From contig CAZSTE010000001.1 of NCBI GenBank assembly GCA_964609735.1, positions 5,052-69,051 on the forward strand: 64,000 nt of DNA, written 5' to 3'. The DNA comes from an uncultured bacterium (GTDB lineage: Bacteria > Ratteibacteria > UBA8468 > B48-G9 > DTJG01). The notes beneath the pieces are model-generated. The model searched no databases. It was not told where the DNA came from and saw nothing but the letters and a program-made list of their open reading frames with translations. This document shows positions 42,418-53,378 of this stretch, one piece after another (within the stretch, counting starts at the first letter, position 1; each line of letters starts with the position of its first letter). Both the position numbers and the translations under genes were made by a program.

Positions 42418-43374
42418 ATGAACGTGGGTTTACTTGGATATAGCGGCAGCGGAAAGACAAGTCTTGTGGCTTTTCTTTCAGGAAAAAGGCATGAAAGTTT
42501 TGATCCATTAAAACCGTCTGTTGTTACGGTTAAAATATCAGACAGCCGTCTTAAGGTTCTTGCAGAAATGGCAGAAGCGCAAAAAATTACAGAGTCAGAG
42601 ATAAATTTTATTGATATAAAAGGGAGTCCTGAATCTGTGGGGTTTGATGAAAAGATTATTGAAATTGCTCTGCAATCAGATGTTATTGCTTTTGTTATTG
42701 GTGCCTTTTCAGAACAAAAAAATCCCTGTGATGAACTTGATTCCCTTTATCTGGAGATGATTTTTCGGGATGATGAACGATTGAAAAATATTATGGAAAA
42801 GAGACAACAAGAAATTTTACAGGGCAAAAGAAATAAAAATGAGCAGGAAGAGCTTTTGCGCAAGTATAAGACATTTCTTGAACAGGAACGATTTCTTTTC
42901 TCCATGAATCTTGATGAAAAAGAAAGGGTGTTTCTTGCCTCACTCGGGATGATAACAATAAAAAGAATTTTTGTCATTGCCAACGGCGCCAGGATGAAAA
43001 AACAGATTGAAGAAAAGTGTAAAAATTATAATTTGGAATTATGCCAGATAGATGTGGAAAACCATTCAACAGAAGCTGTTGAAGAGTTCTGGAGCCAGTT
43101 TTTAAAGGCAGCCGGCCTTTTAAGATTTTATACCGTCGGTAGAAAAGAAACAAAGGCGTGGCTTTTGCCAGAAGGAGCCACACTGCTTGATGCGGCTGCA
43201 GCCATTCATACGGATATAGCAAAAGGTTTTGTGAGGGCGGATGTTGTAAGCTACGAAGATTTTATTTCTGCAGGTTCTTTATCTGTCTGTAGAGAAAAAG
43301 GACTTTTACGAAGCGAAGGAAAAACAGGATTGGCAAAGGATGGAGATATTGTCCATATCCATTCAACAATCTAA
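42418..43374 (+). CDS. Degenerate YchF-like TGS-domain protein (copy 2)
   Basis: Identical to 11026..11982. Confidence 0.7.
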   Translation: MNVGLLGYSGSGKTSLVAFLSGKRHESFDPLKPSVVTVKISDSRLKVLAEMAEAQKITESEINFIDIKGSPESVGFDEKIIEIALQSDVIAFVIGAFSEQKNPCDELDSLYLEMIFRDDERLKNIMEKRQQEILQGKRNKNEQEELLRKYKTFLEQERFLFSMNLDEKERVFLASLGMITIKRIFVIANGARMKKQIEEKCKNYNLELCQIDVENHSTEAVEEFWSQFLKAAGLLRFYTVGRKETKAWLLPEGATLLDAAAAIHTDIAKGFVRADVVSYEDFISAGSLSVCREKGLLRSEGKTGLAKDGDIVHIHSTI

Positions 43375-43399
43375 CAATAGGTAATTACAGCGCAAAATA

Positions 43400-44050
43400 T
43401 TATAACCAGTTTTGTTGTTTCCAATAGCGATATTCTTCCTGCCAATCTTTCTTTCTCGCCATTACAATATGTTTGAAATGTTGTTTGCTTTGTTCTATAA
43501 TCCTCATCTGTCCTTTGAAAATTTTTTTCTTCTGGATTGCTTCTTGAAGTTTTTTCCCCAAAAGGACTGCGATTTTCTTTTTCTCGTCCGCCAGCGGCAC
43601 CCTGGAGAATACACCGCCAACAAACTGTGAACCGCAACTAAAAGCATAATGTTTAATGTAATCAATAACAGGTTTATCGTATCCGCTTCCAGAAGAGACA
43701 ACGCCAACTGCGTATTTGCCCAACAATCTTTTACAATGTAGAAAATGGGTTGAACGGTCAAAAAGCGCCTTCATGGACGCGGTAACACAATTGATATAAT
43801 TAGGACTGGCAAGTATTAAGCCATCTGCCTCAAGCATCCTGTTCATTATAAACGAAACATCGTCTTTCAATGGGCAGTCCATTATCCTGCTGTGGCATCG
43901 TTCGCAATGTATACAAAATTTTATGTTACAATCGCAAAGATGTATGATTTCACAATCGGCATTATTGCATCCTTTCAAAATCTCACCCGCAAGCGCAAAT
44001 GTCTGACTTTTATTTTTTCTTGGGCTGGCTGAAATAAGAAGTATTTTCAT
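43400..44050 (-). CDS. Isf-like iron-sulfur flavoprotein (copy 2)
   Basis: Identical to 12008..12658. Confidence 0.72.
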   Translation of the reverse strand: MKILLISASPRKNKSQTFALAGEILKGCNNADCEIIHLCDCNIKFCIHCERCHSRIMDCPLKDDVSFIMNRMLEADGLILASPNYINCVTASMKALFDRSTHFLHCKRLLGKYAVGVVSSGSGYDKPVIDYIKHYAFSCGSQFVGGVFSRVPLADEKKKIAVLLGKKLQEAIQKKKIFKGQMRIIEQSKQHFKHIVMARKKDWQEEYRYWKQQNWL

Positions 44051-44082
44051 TTTTCATTCTCCCTTTTTATACAAAAATATTA

Positions 44083-45432
44083 CTAAACCGACTGTATTTT
44101 TTCTCCTCGCACATAAACAGAATCTATTTTAAGTTTATATCTTCCCTGTTTTTCTTCAATATTTCCAACAACAATATCGGCGTATTTGCCATTTTTTAAT
44201 TCCCCTGTATTAAGATTTTCCCCATGGTTTTTCTTTATCATTTTTGCGATATTTGTTGAACAACACATGCTTGTCATACACAGGGCCTTTTCAAAATTAA
44301 TTGCAGGATGATGTTTATGCCAGATTCCTGGCATTGGTTTTGCGAGATACGAAAGGAGATTTGAGAAAACCTTATCCATGGTTGCAACGCTTCCAAAAAG
44401 GGTAAAAGGTCCCTTGTCTGTTACATAAACATATTCATAGTTTTTGTCTACAGTGCCTTTTATTCCATCACAGGTAAAGTTTTTTATACCCTTTGATTGG
44501 CTTACAAAAATTGCATCGGTTATGGCCATAATTGAAGAAGGATTTTTTCTCGCAAATATTTCTCTTATATACCAAGGCGCCACATGATATCCATCAATAA
44601 TCACCTCCAGCATGATATCAAGGGTAAGCGCTGCTTCCAGAGCGCCCCCGCCAAAAAAATTTTTGTATATGTTTCCTGTGGGTCCGTTAAGAAAATGGAT
44701 AAAATATTTAAGTCCAGCTGCCACGGCGGTTTCAAATTGTTGATATGTGGCGGCGGTATGGCCGGCGCCGACTGAAACGCCTTTGGATACAAGATATTCA
44801 ATAAATTTAAATGATTTTTTGCCATATTCAGGGGCGACATTTACCAGTTTTGCCAGACCTGTTTCATTGATGTCATCAAAAATATGTTTATCCGGCTGGA
44901 AGACATATCGCGGATTCATCGCTCCCTGATTTAAAGGATTGATAAATGTGCCTTCTATCATCGCTCCTTCATAAAATTTAGCCTCCCACGAATCTTTATT
45001 GGATTTTATAAAGTTTTCAAGCTGTCTTAAACAAAATTTTATTTTTTTTATGGGTATTGCTGTTGTTGAGCCATATAGTTTTGTTACGCCTGTTGAAGCG
45101 CGCAGATGAGCCCATCTTTTAAGTTCTTCCTGATATATCCCACTGGATGATTCAAACCGTTTTTTTGAAGGATTATATCTACCACGATAAAAAGAAAAAA
45201 GCCCGGCTCCATGGGTATGAAGTTCAATAAAACCGGGGAAAACATATTTCCCTTTAAGGTCGATAGCGTCCTTGACTTTTCCTGGTTTTGTTTTTTCAAT
45301 ATAAATATATTCTCCATTGATAACGATATCAAGCCCTTTTTTTAAGCCGAATTCTGTGCACAAGATTCCATTTGTAAGACGCATCATATCTCCAAATAAA
45401 AATTTAAAAAATGGCTGTTTATATTCAATCAA
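44083..45432 (-). CDS. Amidohydrolase-superfamily protein (copy 2)
   Basis: Identical to 12691..14040. Confidence 0.65.
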   Translation of the reverse strand: MIEYKQPFFKFLFGDMMRLTNGILCTEFGLKKGLDIVINGEYIYIEKTKPGKVKDAIDLKGKYVFPGFIELHTHGAGLFSFYRGRYNPSKKRFESSSGIYQEELKRWAHLRASTGVTKLYGSTTAIPIKKIKFCLRQLENFIKSNKDSWEAKFYEGAMIEGTFINPLNQGAMNPRYVFQPDKHIFDDINETGLAKLVNVAPEYGKKSFKFIEYLVSKGVSVGAGHTAATYQQFETAVAAGLKYFIHFLNGPTGNIYKNFFGGGALEAALTLDIMLEVIIDGYHVAPWYIREIFARKNPSSIMAITDAIFVSQSKGIKNFTCDGIKGTVDKNYEYVYVTDKGPFTLFGSVATMDKVFSNLLSYLAKPMPGIWHKHHPAINFEKALCMTSMCCSTNIAKMIKKNHGENLNTGELKNGKYADIVVGNIEEKQGRYKLKIDSVYVRGEKIQSV

Positions 45433-45549
45433 AAATTGTCTGGTTTGTAAAATGATAAATAAAAAAGATTTTCCTGTAAAATCCAGCGCTTTTTATAAAA
45501 GGTCTAAAATTATATAAAATATAAAATAAAGGATAAAACATAAGACAAA

Positions 45550-46194
45550 ATGAGTATTTTTGCGATTGCGATTACATCTTTTATTGTGGCTTTTTCAGGA
45601 GCGATAAGCCCGGGCCCATTGCTTGCGGTAACCATTAACAGTTCTTTTACAAACGGCGCAAAGGCAGGACCCCTTTTAATCACAGGGCATTCCATTCTGG
45701 AGTTATTGTTGGTTGTTTTGCTTGTTGCCGGTCTTGGAAAATATATAAGAGAGCCTGTTTTTATAAACCTTTTCAGCATTATGGGAGGGGGTATTCTTAT
45801 ATGGATGGCTTTTAATACGATACAGCCCTTTGTTAATGTGGGACAATTGGAGATTCACCAAAAAAATCGTGGTGGTTTTATTTCAAGTGGAATTTTTGTA
45901 AGTTTGGCTAATCCCTACTGGATTATATGGTGGGCAACAATTGGGCTTACCTATCTTTCACTCGCGGCGCCAAGAGGATTTGCTGGATTTGCAGCCTTTT
46001 TTATCGGGCATATTTCCGCAGATTTTTTGTGGTACAGTATTGCTTCTTTTTCAATAGGCAGAGGAAAATACAAAATAACGCCGCGCATCTACCGGCGTAT
46101 TTCTGCTTTCTGCGCGGTATTTCTTGCGGTGTTTGGCGTATTGTTTATATTAAAAGGAATGATCTACAATATGGCTATTGTGTCTGTTGAATAA
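45550..46194 (+). CDS. LysE-family exporter (copy 2)
   Basis: Identical to 14158..14802. Confidence 0.8.
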   Translation: MSIFAIAITSFIVAFSGAISPGPLLAVTINSSFTNGAKAGPLLITGHSILELLLVVLLVAGLGKYIREPVFINLFSIMGGGILIWMAFNTIQPFVNVGQLEIHQKNRGGFISSGIFVSLANPYWIIWWATIGLTYLSLAAPRGFAGFAAFFIGHISADFLWYSIASFSIGRGKYKITPRIYRRISAFCAVFLAVFGVLFILKGMIYNMAIVSVE

Positions 46195-47359
46195 TGTATT
46201 CCACACTTTTTTTAAACCACCAGAGATATTTGTTTAATTCCGGACTATTGAAATTATCCACAAATGGCTGGCCATATTTATTCATTTCTGTTCCGCAGAT
46301 TACAGGGATATTCATTCTGATGCAGGTTGAAAGAAAGATATCAAGATTCGTTACCTTTATTGCCTTTTCTTTCGGGTCTTTGATATTCCAGTTTCTCTCA
46401 GGGATAATGTTGACAATGTTTATTCCTGTTGAAGATAGAAACTGAAGAAATTGTTCAGGGTCTTTTTCTCCTTCGTTTGTGCCATCAAGCCAATTACCAA
46501 TCACAATCCCGCTGCCTTTCATTGCCATATCTACAAACTCATCAATTGTTGGAAATGTTTTTGGTTCTGGTTTAACATAGCCCGGGCCTCCGTTTTTTAC
46601 AAGCACAGAACGTATCTTTTCCATAAAATCGCCCATGTTTTCTTTTTTCATTGTTGCAACCGCATTGGGAGATATCTTCAATATGTCAGCCCAAAAGGCA
46701 TCAGATGATATATCAGGAATTTTTTCAGATTTTTCAATATACGCTTTTATGATGTGTCTTTCAGTGGGATTATTTGAGGGTGTTAACGGATAAACATCGG
46801 TTTGGTAATCAATCACAACAGGAAAAAGAAAATTGTTGAGTTTTTCAACCACCTTCTTGTTTCTGTCTTCGGCAATCTGGCGAAGTTTTTTATATATTTT
46901 TCCTGCATCGGAATTTTTATCGGGAACCCTGTTAAATCCAAATCCGTTTATATAATATACGCCTGGTTCGCCTGGAGAATTTATTACGGCCTGGGACAAT
47001 GATGGCACATAAACCCGGGTTTCAATCCCGACAATGGCCGGCACCCCAAAAAGTTTTGACGAAAGTAGTGTTTCTTCAACAGCTTCAAGCGTATCAAAAT
47101 CAACAATACCGATATGTGTCAATCCGATTTTGTATGCCTCAAGGGTGATTCTTGAAGGGGACCAGTTTTTATAGTTGAATGAATGAAAGGAGTGTATATG
47201 CATGTTATCATAGGGATATTGTTGACCCTTTTGAATTTTGTTGTTTTTGATAAGCTCGGCAACATTAAAAATGGCCTCATGCCTTTTTTTTACATCAAAA
47301 TGGGAAAGTGTATCAATCATATTTTCCATTCCGCACCTTTTTATATAATTTTTGTTCAA
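46175..47359 (-). CDS. PHP-domain phosphoesterase (copy 2)
   Basis: Identical to 14783..15967. Confidence 0.62.
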   Translation of the reverse strand: MNKNYIKRCGMENMIDTLSHFDVKKRHEAIFNVAELIKNNKIQKGQQYPYDNMHIHSFHSFNYKNWSPSRITLEAYKIGLTHIGIVDFDTLEAVEETLLSSKLFGVPAIVGIETRVYVPSLSQAVINSPGEPGVYYINGFGFNRVPDKNSDAGKIYKKLRQIAEDRNKKVVEKLNNFLFPVVIDYQTDVYPLTPSNNPTERHIIKAYIEKSEKIPDISSDAFWADILKISPNAVATMKKENMGDFMEKIRSVLVKNGGPGYVKPEPKTFPTIDEFVDMAMKGSGIVIGNWLDGTNEGEKDPEQFLQFLSSTGINIVNIIPERNWNIKDPKEKAIKVTNLDIFLSTCIRMNIPVICGTEMNKYGQPFVDNFNSPELNKYLWWFKKSVEYIIQQTQ

Positions 47360-47966
47360 TAAATAGATTTGCTCTTTGGATAAGAGGGTCTGTCCAGAAT
47401 CTTACCTGCGATAGATAAAGGTCAATATTTGAATATAATCCCTGGTCTTCAATAAGCCAATCCTGTGCCATTTGAACAGGCGTTTTTTTATCCCATGGCG
47501 TATGTTGCCATATTGCGGAATTTTTATAGAAGGTTGTGTAAATTTCTTTATCCACCGTTGTGTCAAGGGATAGCCAGTTATTGTTGATGAACACCTTTGC
47601 AAAAACATGAACAGTGTGGTTATTGACCATTTCAAAAATATCATCCGGAAGCAATGGCTTAAGGATTTCTTTTTTTATAAGATACACGCCATATCCCGCA
47701 GGAATCCCACAACCGCGCAGAAGGGCTATCTGAAGATTTGCTTTATTAAAACAGTTGCCTGTTTTTTTCTTCAATGTTTCAGAGGCGTATCTCCATGGGT
47801 AATCAAATCTATATTTGATTGTGTCCCTGACAAAATTAAATATGTCTGCAATGGCCTCGAGCATGCTTAAATATCTGTAATTTTTACAAAAATCCGTTAT
47901 TGGTTGCGACCAGCAATCACAATATTTTGTCTGTTTAATATATTCTTCTGACACATAATTTTTCAT
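47313..47966 (-). CDS. Transglutaminase-like protein (copy 2)
   Basis: Identical to 15921..16574. Confidence 0.7.
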   Translation of the reverse strand: MKNYVSEEYIKQTKYCDCWSQPITDFCKNYRYLSMLEAIADIFNFVRDTIKYRFDYPWRYASETLKKKTGNCFNKANLQIALLRGCGIPAGYGVYLIKKEILKPLLPDDIFEMVNNHTVHVFAKVFINNNWLSLDTTVDKEIYTTFYKNSAIWQHTPWDKKTPVQMAQDWLIEDQGLYSNIDLYLSQVRFWTDPLIQRANLFIEQKLYKKVRNGKYD

Positions 47967-48031
47967 ATTTTCTTTGATTGGTTGTATAATAATTATAGGT
48001 TATTTATAAATATTTTACACAAGGATGATGT

Positions 48032-48397
48032 ATGCGCAAAATAATAATGCAGTGTGGGATTTTCATGACAACATTTTTTTTATGCGGCTGCGCGCATTAT
48101 TCAACAAATAATAATTTTTTTGAAGATCTGGAATTCCGAATGGATTTTGCCATGGAGCATGATGAATTTCCACCAGATGTGAGGCAGGCGATTGTTGAAG
48201 GAAAAATTTTGCCTGGGATGAATCAGGATTTGATAAGAACAATATTTGGCGATCCAGAGGAAACATACATGTCAGAAACAGAAATGTTTGAGATGTGGTA
48301 CTATGAAAATTTTACTTTTGGTTTTGATAAAAACGGCAACCTTGTCACAATCTTTGAATCAGACAATATAAAACACAAAAAACAATTGTCCAGGTAA
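48032..48397 (+). CDS. Small secreted/lipoprotein candidate (copy 2)
   Basis: Identical to 16640..17005. Confidence 0.5.
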   Translation: MRKIIMQCGIFMTTFFLCGCAHYSTNNNFFEDLEFRMDFAMEHDEFPPDVRQAIVEGKILPGMNQDLIRTIFGDPEETYMSETEMFEMWYYENFTFGFDKNGNLVTIFESDNIKHKKQLSR

Positions 48398-48429
48398 TCT
48401 TCGACTGCGAATAATTACCATTTTTTAAT

Positions 48430-49572
48430 TTATTTTTTTATGTTTGGGTCGGTTTGAATCTGCGGATGTAGTGTTTTTTTGTTTCTTGATTTTTCTATCA
48501 TTTCACCAATAAATTTATCATACTCATCCCTATCAACAGGTGTTTCAACTGTTTTGTTTTTTAATCCCGAAAGCAGGCAGGCGTTTATAAACTCAACAGA
48601 TTTTAGCCCTTCAATTCCTGGGGCTATGAGCGATTCTCCATCGGTTATAGCCCGGCAGAAATTTTTTATGATTGTTCCGTGGCTTGCGTCTGTTTCAGGA
48701 ATGTTTATCTGCTGTTCTGTTACCTCGGGAGATGCCCACATGCTTTTGTTTGTAACAGTAAATTCACTTATCGGGATAGATGTTGAGAAAAATTTTAATT
48801 GAGTATCAGTAAGAATCATCTTGCCCTTGTCTCCAGCAATTTCAAGGTAAGAAATGCAGGGAACCTCATTGGTGCTTGTGTAATAATACCCCCAGGCGCC
48901 ATTTTCATATTCAAGGAAAACACTTACCTCGTCTTCAACCTCTATATTATGAAGGCGGGTTCTTACTTTTGCCTGGAATTTCTTTGGCAATCCTGCAAGC
49001 ATAATAAAGATATCAATCATATGCGGGGCCTGATTGATTAACACCCCGCCGCCTTCTCCTTTCCATGTCGCCCGCCATAAACCGCTATCGTAATATGCCT
49101 GAGAACGATACCATGGGTTAGAAAGAAGTGTTCTTTTAATTTCGCCAAGCCTGCCATCCGCAATAATCTGTTTTGCGGCAATAAACAGCCCTCTGTTTCT
49201 CATTTGATACATAACAGCAAATACCCTGCCTGTTTTTTTTGCCGCCTCAACCATCGCATCTGCCTGTTTCACGGTAACCGCTATTGGTTTTTCGCTCAGG
49301 ACATGAAGGCCTTTTTCCATTGCATAAACAGCGATTTCAGGATGAAAATAATGAGGGGTGGCGATAATTACTGCCTCTGTTATTCCGCTATCAATAAGTT
49401 TTCTATGGTCTGTAAAATATTTAACCGCGTGTTGTTCAGCCACCTGTTTTGCTCTTGTTTCTTCAGTATCGCAAACTGCCACAAGTTCTGCTTCTTCAAT
49501 CTGTTTTATAACGTTTGCATGGGCCTGGCCCATTCCTCCGATCCCTATAATACCTATCTTAACCTTTTTCAT
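48430..49572 (-). CDS. Gfo/Idh/MocA oxidoreductase (copy 2)
   Basis: Identical to 17038..18180. Confidence 0.85.
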   Translation of the reverse strand: MKKVKIGIIGIGGMGQAHANVIKQIEEAELVAVCDTEETRAKQVAEQHAVKYFTDHRKLIDSGITEAVIIATPHYFHPEIAVYAMEKGLHVLSEKPIAVTVKQADAMVEAAKKTGRVFAVMYQMRNRGLFIAAKQIIADGRLGEIKRTLLSNPWYRSQAYYDSGLWRATWKGEGGGVLINQAPHMIDIFIMLAGLPKKFQAKVRTRLHNIEVEDEVSVFLEYENGAWGYYYTSTNEVPCISYLEIAGDKGKMILTDTQLKFFSTSIPISEFTVTNKSMWASPEVTEQQINIPETDASHGTIIKNFCRAITDGESLIAPGIEGLKSVEFINACLLSGLKNKTVETPVDRDEYDKFIGEMIEKSRNKKTLHPQIQTDPNIKK

Positions 49573-49817
49573 TATTGTCTCCATTCTTTTTATAAAAATT
49601 GAATAATATTTAATTATAACAAAAATTATTCTAAAATCCATTGGCATCCATTTTGGGTGGGAATTGATTTTGTTTGACATTATTTTATAATAAGCGGTAT
49701 AATATTTTTATAAATACAAAAACCGCATTAACATGATTGAAACTTTTTTAAATCAATTTCATCTAAATTAACTGACAATTTAGAATTTCTACCTATTTTC
49801 ATAAAAAGGAGGATGGC

Positions 49818-50117
49818 ATGGCAGAATTCAAAATAAAGCCGCTGGGCGACAGAGTGGTGGTAAAACCAATGGAGCCCGAAGAAAAAACAAAGGGAGGAAT
49901 AATCCTGCCGGATACTGCAAAAGAAAAACCGCAGGAAGGCAAGATTGTCGCTGTTGGAAAGGGCCGTCTTGATGAAGAAGGAAAACATATTAAGATGGAA
50001 GTAAAAGTTGATGATATTGTTTTGTATGGGAAATATGCAGGAACAGAAATTACCGTTGATAACGAAACCTATATGATCCTCCGCGAGGAGGACATCCTTG
50101 GTATTGTAATAAAATAA
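49818..50117 (+). CDS. groES: GroES (copy 2)
   Basis: Identical to 18426..18725. Confidence 0.95.
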   Translation: MAEFKIKPLGDRVVVKPMEPEEKTKGGIILPDTAKEKPQEGKIVAVGKGRLDEEGKHIKMEVKVDDIVLYGKYAGTEITVDNETYMILREEDILGIVIK

Positions 50118-50132
50118 CAACAGGAGGAAAAT

Positions 50133-51758
50133 ATGGCCAAGCAGATGATTTTTGGTGAAGAAGCCCGAAGAGAAATGCTACGTGGAATGGAAATAGTTGC
50201 TGAAGCGTTAAAACCCACACTCGGTCCAAAAGGAAGGTGCGCTGTTATTGAAAAGAAGTTTGGTTCGCCAACGGTTATCAATGATGGTGTAACAATTGCA
50301 AAAGAGGTTGAGCTGGAAGAACCCTATCAGAACCTTGGCGCGCAATTGTTAAGAGAGGTTGCTTCCAAAACCAATGATATTGCCGGCGATGGAACCACAA
50401 CAGCAACCCTTCTTGCCCTTTCAATTGCAAGAGAAGGTTTTAAAAATGTTGCAGCTGGCGCGAATCCTGTTCATTTAAGACATGGAATTGAAAAAGCCGC
50501 AAAGGCGGTTGTTGACAAGCTGAAGAAGATGAGCCAGCCCATAAAAGATAAGAATGAAATACAACAGGTTGCAGCGATTGCCGCAGCAAATGATTCTGAG
50601 ATTGGAAAGATAATCGCAGATGCTATGGAAAAGGTTGGGAATGAAGGAGTTATTACTGTCGAGGAAGCAAAAGGAACAGAGACAGAGCTTAAGGTCGTTG
50701 AAGGTATGCAGTTTGACCGCGGTTATCTATCCCCTTATTTTGTTACTGATTCTGAAAGAATGGAAGCAGTCCTTGAAGATGCATATATCCTTATCCATGA
50801 CAAAAAGATTTCAGCAATTAAGGATTTGCTTTCAATCCTTGAAAAAATCGCCCAGAGCGGAAGACCTCTTCTTATCATAGCGGAAGATGTTGAGGGTGAA
50901 GCCCTGGCCACGCTTGTTGTTAATAAACTCAGGGGAACCCTTGCATGCTGTGCCGTTAAAGCGCCAGGCTTCGGAGATAGAAGAAAGGCAATGCTGGAGG
51001 ATATTGGAATTTTAACAGGCGGCACTGTTATTGCGGAAGAGCTGGGAATGAAACTTGAAAATGTTGATATCAGCATGCTTGGCAGGGCAAAAAGAATCGT
51101 TGTTGATAAAGAAAACACAACCATTGTTGAAGGTGCTGGTAAGAAATCAGACATTGAAGGAAGAATAAATCAGATAAAAAAGGAAATTGAAAAATCAACC
51201 TCTGACTATGATAAGGAAAAACTTCAGGAACGGCTCGCAAAACTCGCTGGCGGTGTTGCTGTTGTTAATGTTGGAGCCCCAACTGAAGCAGATATGAAAG
51301 AAAGAAAAGCCCGTGTTGAAGATGCATTAAGTGCTACAAGGGCCGCAGTGCAGGAAGGCATTATTCCTGGAGGAGGTGTGGCGTTGCTTAAATGCCAGGC
51401 TGAGATAGACAAGGTTGAATTTGTTGATGAGGATGAAAAAACCGGCGGTAAGATTGTTTACAAGGCATTGGAAACGCCGTTGAGACAGATTGCAGAAAAT
51501 TCAGGGATGGACGGAGCAGTTGTTGTTGATAAGGTAAAATCTTCTGGAAAAGACAGTTTTGGATTTAATGCTGAAAAAGACCAGTTTGAAGACCTTGTCA
51601 AGGCCGGTATTATTGATCCAACAAAGGTTGCAAGGACCGCCCTTGAAAACGCGGTAAGTGTTGCAGCGTTGCTATTGACAACAGAAACCCTTATAACTGA
51701 AAAACCGGAAAAGAAAGAAAAAATGCCTCCGGCTCCACCGGCATATCCTGAATATTAA
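50133..51758 (+). CDS. groEL: GroEL (copy 2)
   Basis: Identical to 18741..20366. Confidence 0.97.
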   Translation: MAKQMIFGEEARREMLRGMEIVAEALKPTLGPKGRCAVIEKKFGSPTVINDGVTIAKEVELEEPYQNLGAQLLREVASKTNDIAGDGTTTATLLALSIAREGFKNVAAGANPVHLRHGIEKAAKAVVDKLKKMSQPIKDKNEIQQVAAIAAANDSEIGKIIADAMEKVGNEGVITVEEAKGTETELKVVEGMQFDRGYLSPYFVTDSERMEAVLEDAYILIHDKKISAIKDLLSILEKIAQSGRPLLIIAEDVEGEALATLVVNKLRGTLACCAVKAPGFGDRRKAMLEDIGILTGGTVIAEELGMKLENVDISMLGRAKRIVVDKENTTIVEGAGKKSDIEGRINQIKKEIEKSTSDYDKEKLQERLAKLAGGVAVVNVGAPTEADMKERKARVEDALSATRAAVQEGIIPGGGVALLKCQAEIDKVEFVDEDEKTGGKIVYKALETPLRQIAENSGMDGAVVVDKVKSSGKDSFGFNAEKDQFEDLVKAGIIDPTKVARTALENAVSVAALLLTTETLITEKPEKKEKMPPAPPAYPEY

Positions 51759-51769
51759 TAAGCACATTC

Positions 51770-51802
51770 AAGGCCCCGCCTGCAGGCGGGGCCTTGCCTT
51801 TT
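51770..51802 (+). terminator. groESL terminator hairpin (copy 2)
   Basis: Identical to 20378..20410. Confidence 0.6.
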
Positions 51803-52078
51803 CCTATGGAACGATGGCATTATATGATAAGGGGAAATGTTCAAGGTGTTGGATTTCGCTGGTATGCAACAGATATAGCAAGAAAATGCCGGGTATACGG
51901 CTGGGTGAAGAATCTACCTGATGGGGCAGTGGAAATTGTTGCAGAGGCTGAGTCAAATGTTCTTGAGTCCTTTACAGAAAAAATAAAAACCGGTTATCTC
52001 GGTTCAAATATTTCCTCTATGGATATTAAAAAAGAGCCGGCCACAGGAGAATTTAGCCAGTTTCAGATTTTGTTTTGA
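51794..52078 (+). CDS. acyP: Acylphosphatase (copy 2)
   Basis: Identical to 20402..20686. Confidence 0.8.
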   Translation: MPFPMERWHYMIRGNVQGVGFRWYATDIARKCRVYGWVKNLPDGAVEIVAEAESNVLESFTEKIKTGYLGSNISSMDIKKEPATGEFSQFQILF

Positions 52079-52090
52079 AATAGGGTTATT

Positions 52091-52486
52091 ATGCCGGAAA
52101 AACAAAAGCAATATAAGGATTTGGCAAAAGCAGGACTGGATGAAAAACTTCCTGAAATTTCGTGGTTTACAAATCTTCATAAAAATTACACAATCACAAT
52201 AGTCATACCTGAATACACCTCGGTTTGTCCTAAATCAGGGAACCCTGATTTTGGCAAAATAACGATTCAGTATCAACCAAAAGAAAGAATTATTGAATTA
52301 AAGTCCCTTAAAGAGTATATTTTTTCTTATAGGAATCTTGGAATATTTTATGAAAATGCGGTTAACCGCATTCTGAAAGACATTGTTTCTTCAATAAAGC
52401 CTATCTGGATTTCTGTAAAAGGTGAATTTACACCACGCGGGGGTATTTGTTCAATTGTTGAAAGTCGCTGGCCTGTAAAGAAATAA
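52091..52486 (+). CDS. queF: QueF (copy 2)
   Basis: Identical to 20699..21094. Confidence 0.85.
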   Translation: MPEKQKQYKDLAKAGLDEKLPEISWFTNLHKNYTITIVIPEYTSVCPKSGNPDFGKITIQYQPKERIIELKSLKEYIFSYRNLGIFYENAVNRILKDIVSSIKPIWISVKGEFTPRGGICSIVESRWPVKK

Positions 52487-52538
52487 ACCAACATGAGCAA
52501 TTTCAGCCATAAAAATAATATGACAAACAGGCATCATC

Positions 52539-53339
52539 TTATTGATTTAGATATTCTTTTAACACCCTGATATCATGGGGAAGTACAACATCTGCTGGCC
52601 ATGCGGCAATGTATTCGCCTGAAAGATAACCCTGATAGTTTATGCCTTTTAACAAGTTAATTGCAATATTGTATGGAATTTCGCCTTTTCCCATAAGTGC
52701 AAGTGTAACATTTCTTTTTTCATCGTATATTCCGTCGTGCACATGGCAGTGTTCTATTAAACCATTAAGATGGTCAAATGCCTGTTGTATTGTCATGTTT
52801 TGCGTATAGGGATGCATAATGTCCCAGTTGATTTTAATAAATGGATTGTTGACAATTTTTACAGTTTTTGCTGCGATATCGGCTCTTGAAAAAAAATCAT
52901 GTGTTTCAAGGCATACAAAAATCTGATTTTTTTCAGCATATTCAGAAATATCGCCAAGACACGTAGAAACAATGTTTATTACATCCTCTACCGACATTTC
53001 TCCATCAGGGCCTCCGCCAAAAACCCTTATTCTTTTTGTGCCAATATCACATGCCAGATCAATAAATGCCTTTGTCAAATCTGTGTTTTCTTTTCTTTTC
53101 TTCTCATCCGCAGAACAGTAACATATTGATGTGGCAAGACACGCGCACTCTATTCCGCTATCAGAAAACATGTTTTTTATTTCATTTCGCTGGGGTTGCG
53201 AGCAGCTAAGCTCGATACCATGGCGATGGTGTGCCTGAGCCCGTGGTTCAACGCCCTCATATCCATATTTTTCTGCATATCCTACCATTTCTTGAAGCGT
53301 TGCTTCAGGACAGGAAAAACTCATAAATGCAAATTTCAT
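52539..53339 (-). CDS. Sugar-phosphate isomerase/epimerase (copy 2)
   Basis: Identical to 21147..21947. Confidence 0.65.
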   Translation of the reverse strand: MKFAFMSFSCPEATLQEMVGYAEKYGYEGVEPRAQAHHRHGIELSCSQPQRNEIKNMFSDSGIECACLATSICYCSADEKKRKENTDLTKAFIDLACDIGTKRIRVFGGGPDGEMSVEDVINIVSTCLGDISEYAEKNQIFVCLETHDFFSRADIAAKTVKIVNNPFIKINWDIMHPYTQNMTIQQAFDHLNGLIEHCHVHDGIYDEKRNVTLALMGKGEIPYNIAINLLKGINYQGYLSGEYIAAWPADVVLPHDIRVLKEYLNQ

Positions 53340-53378
53340 GTTTCCTCCTTGGTGGTGAATATGGAAACAGCTAACATG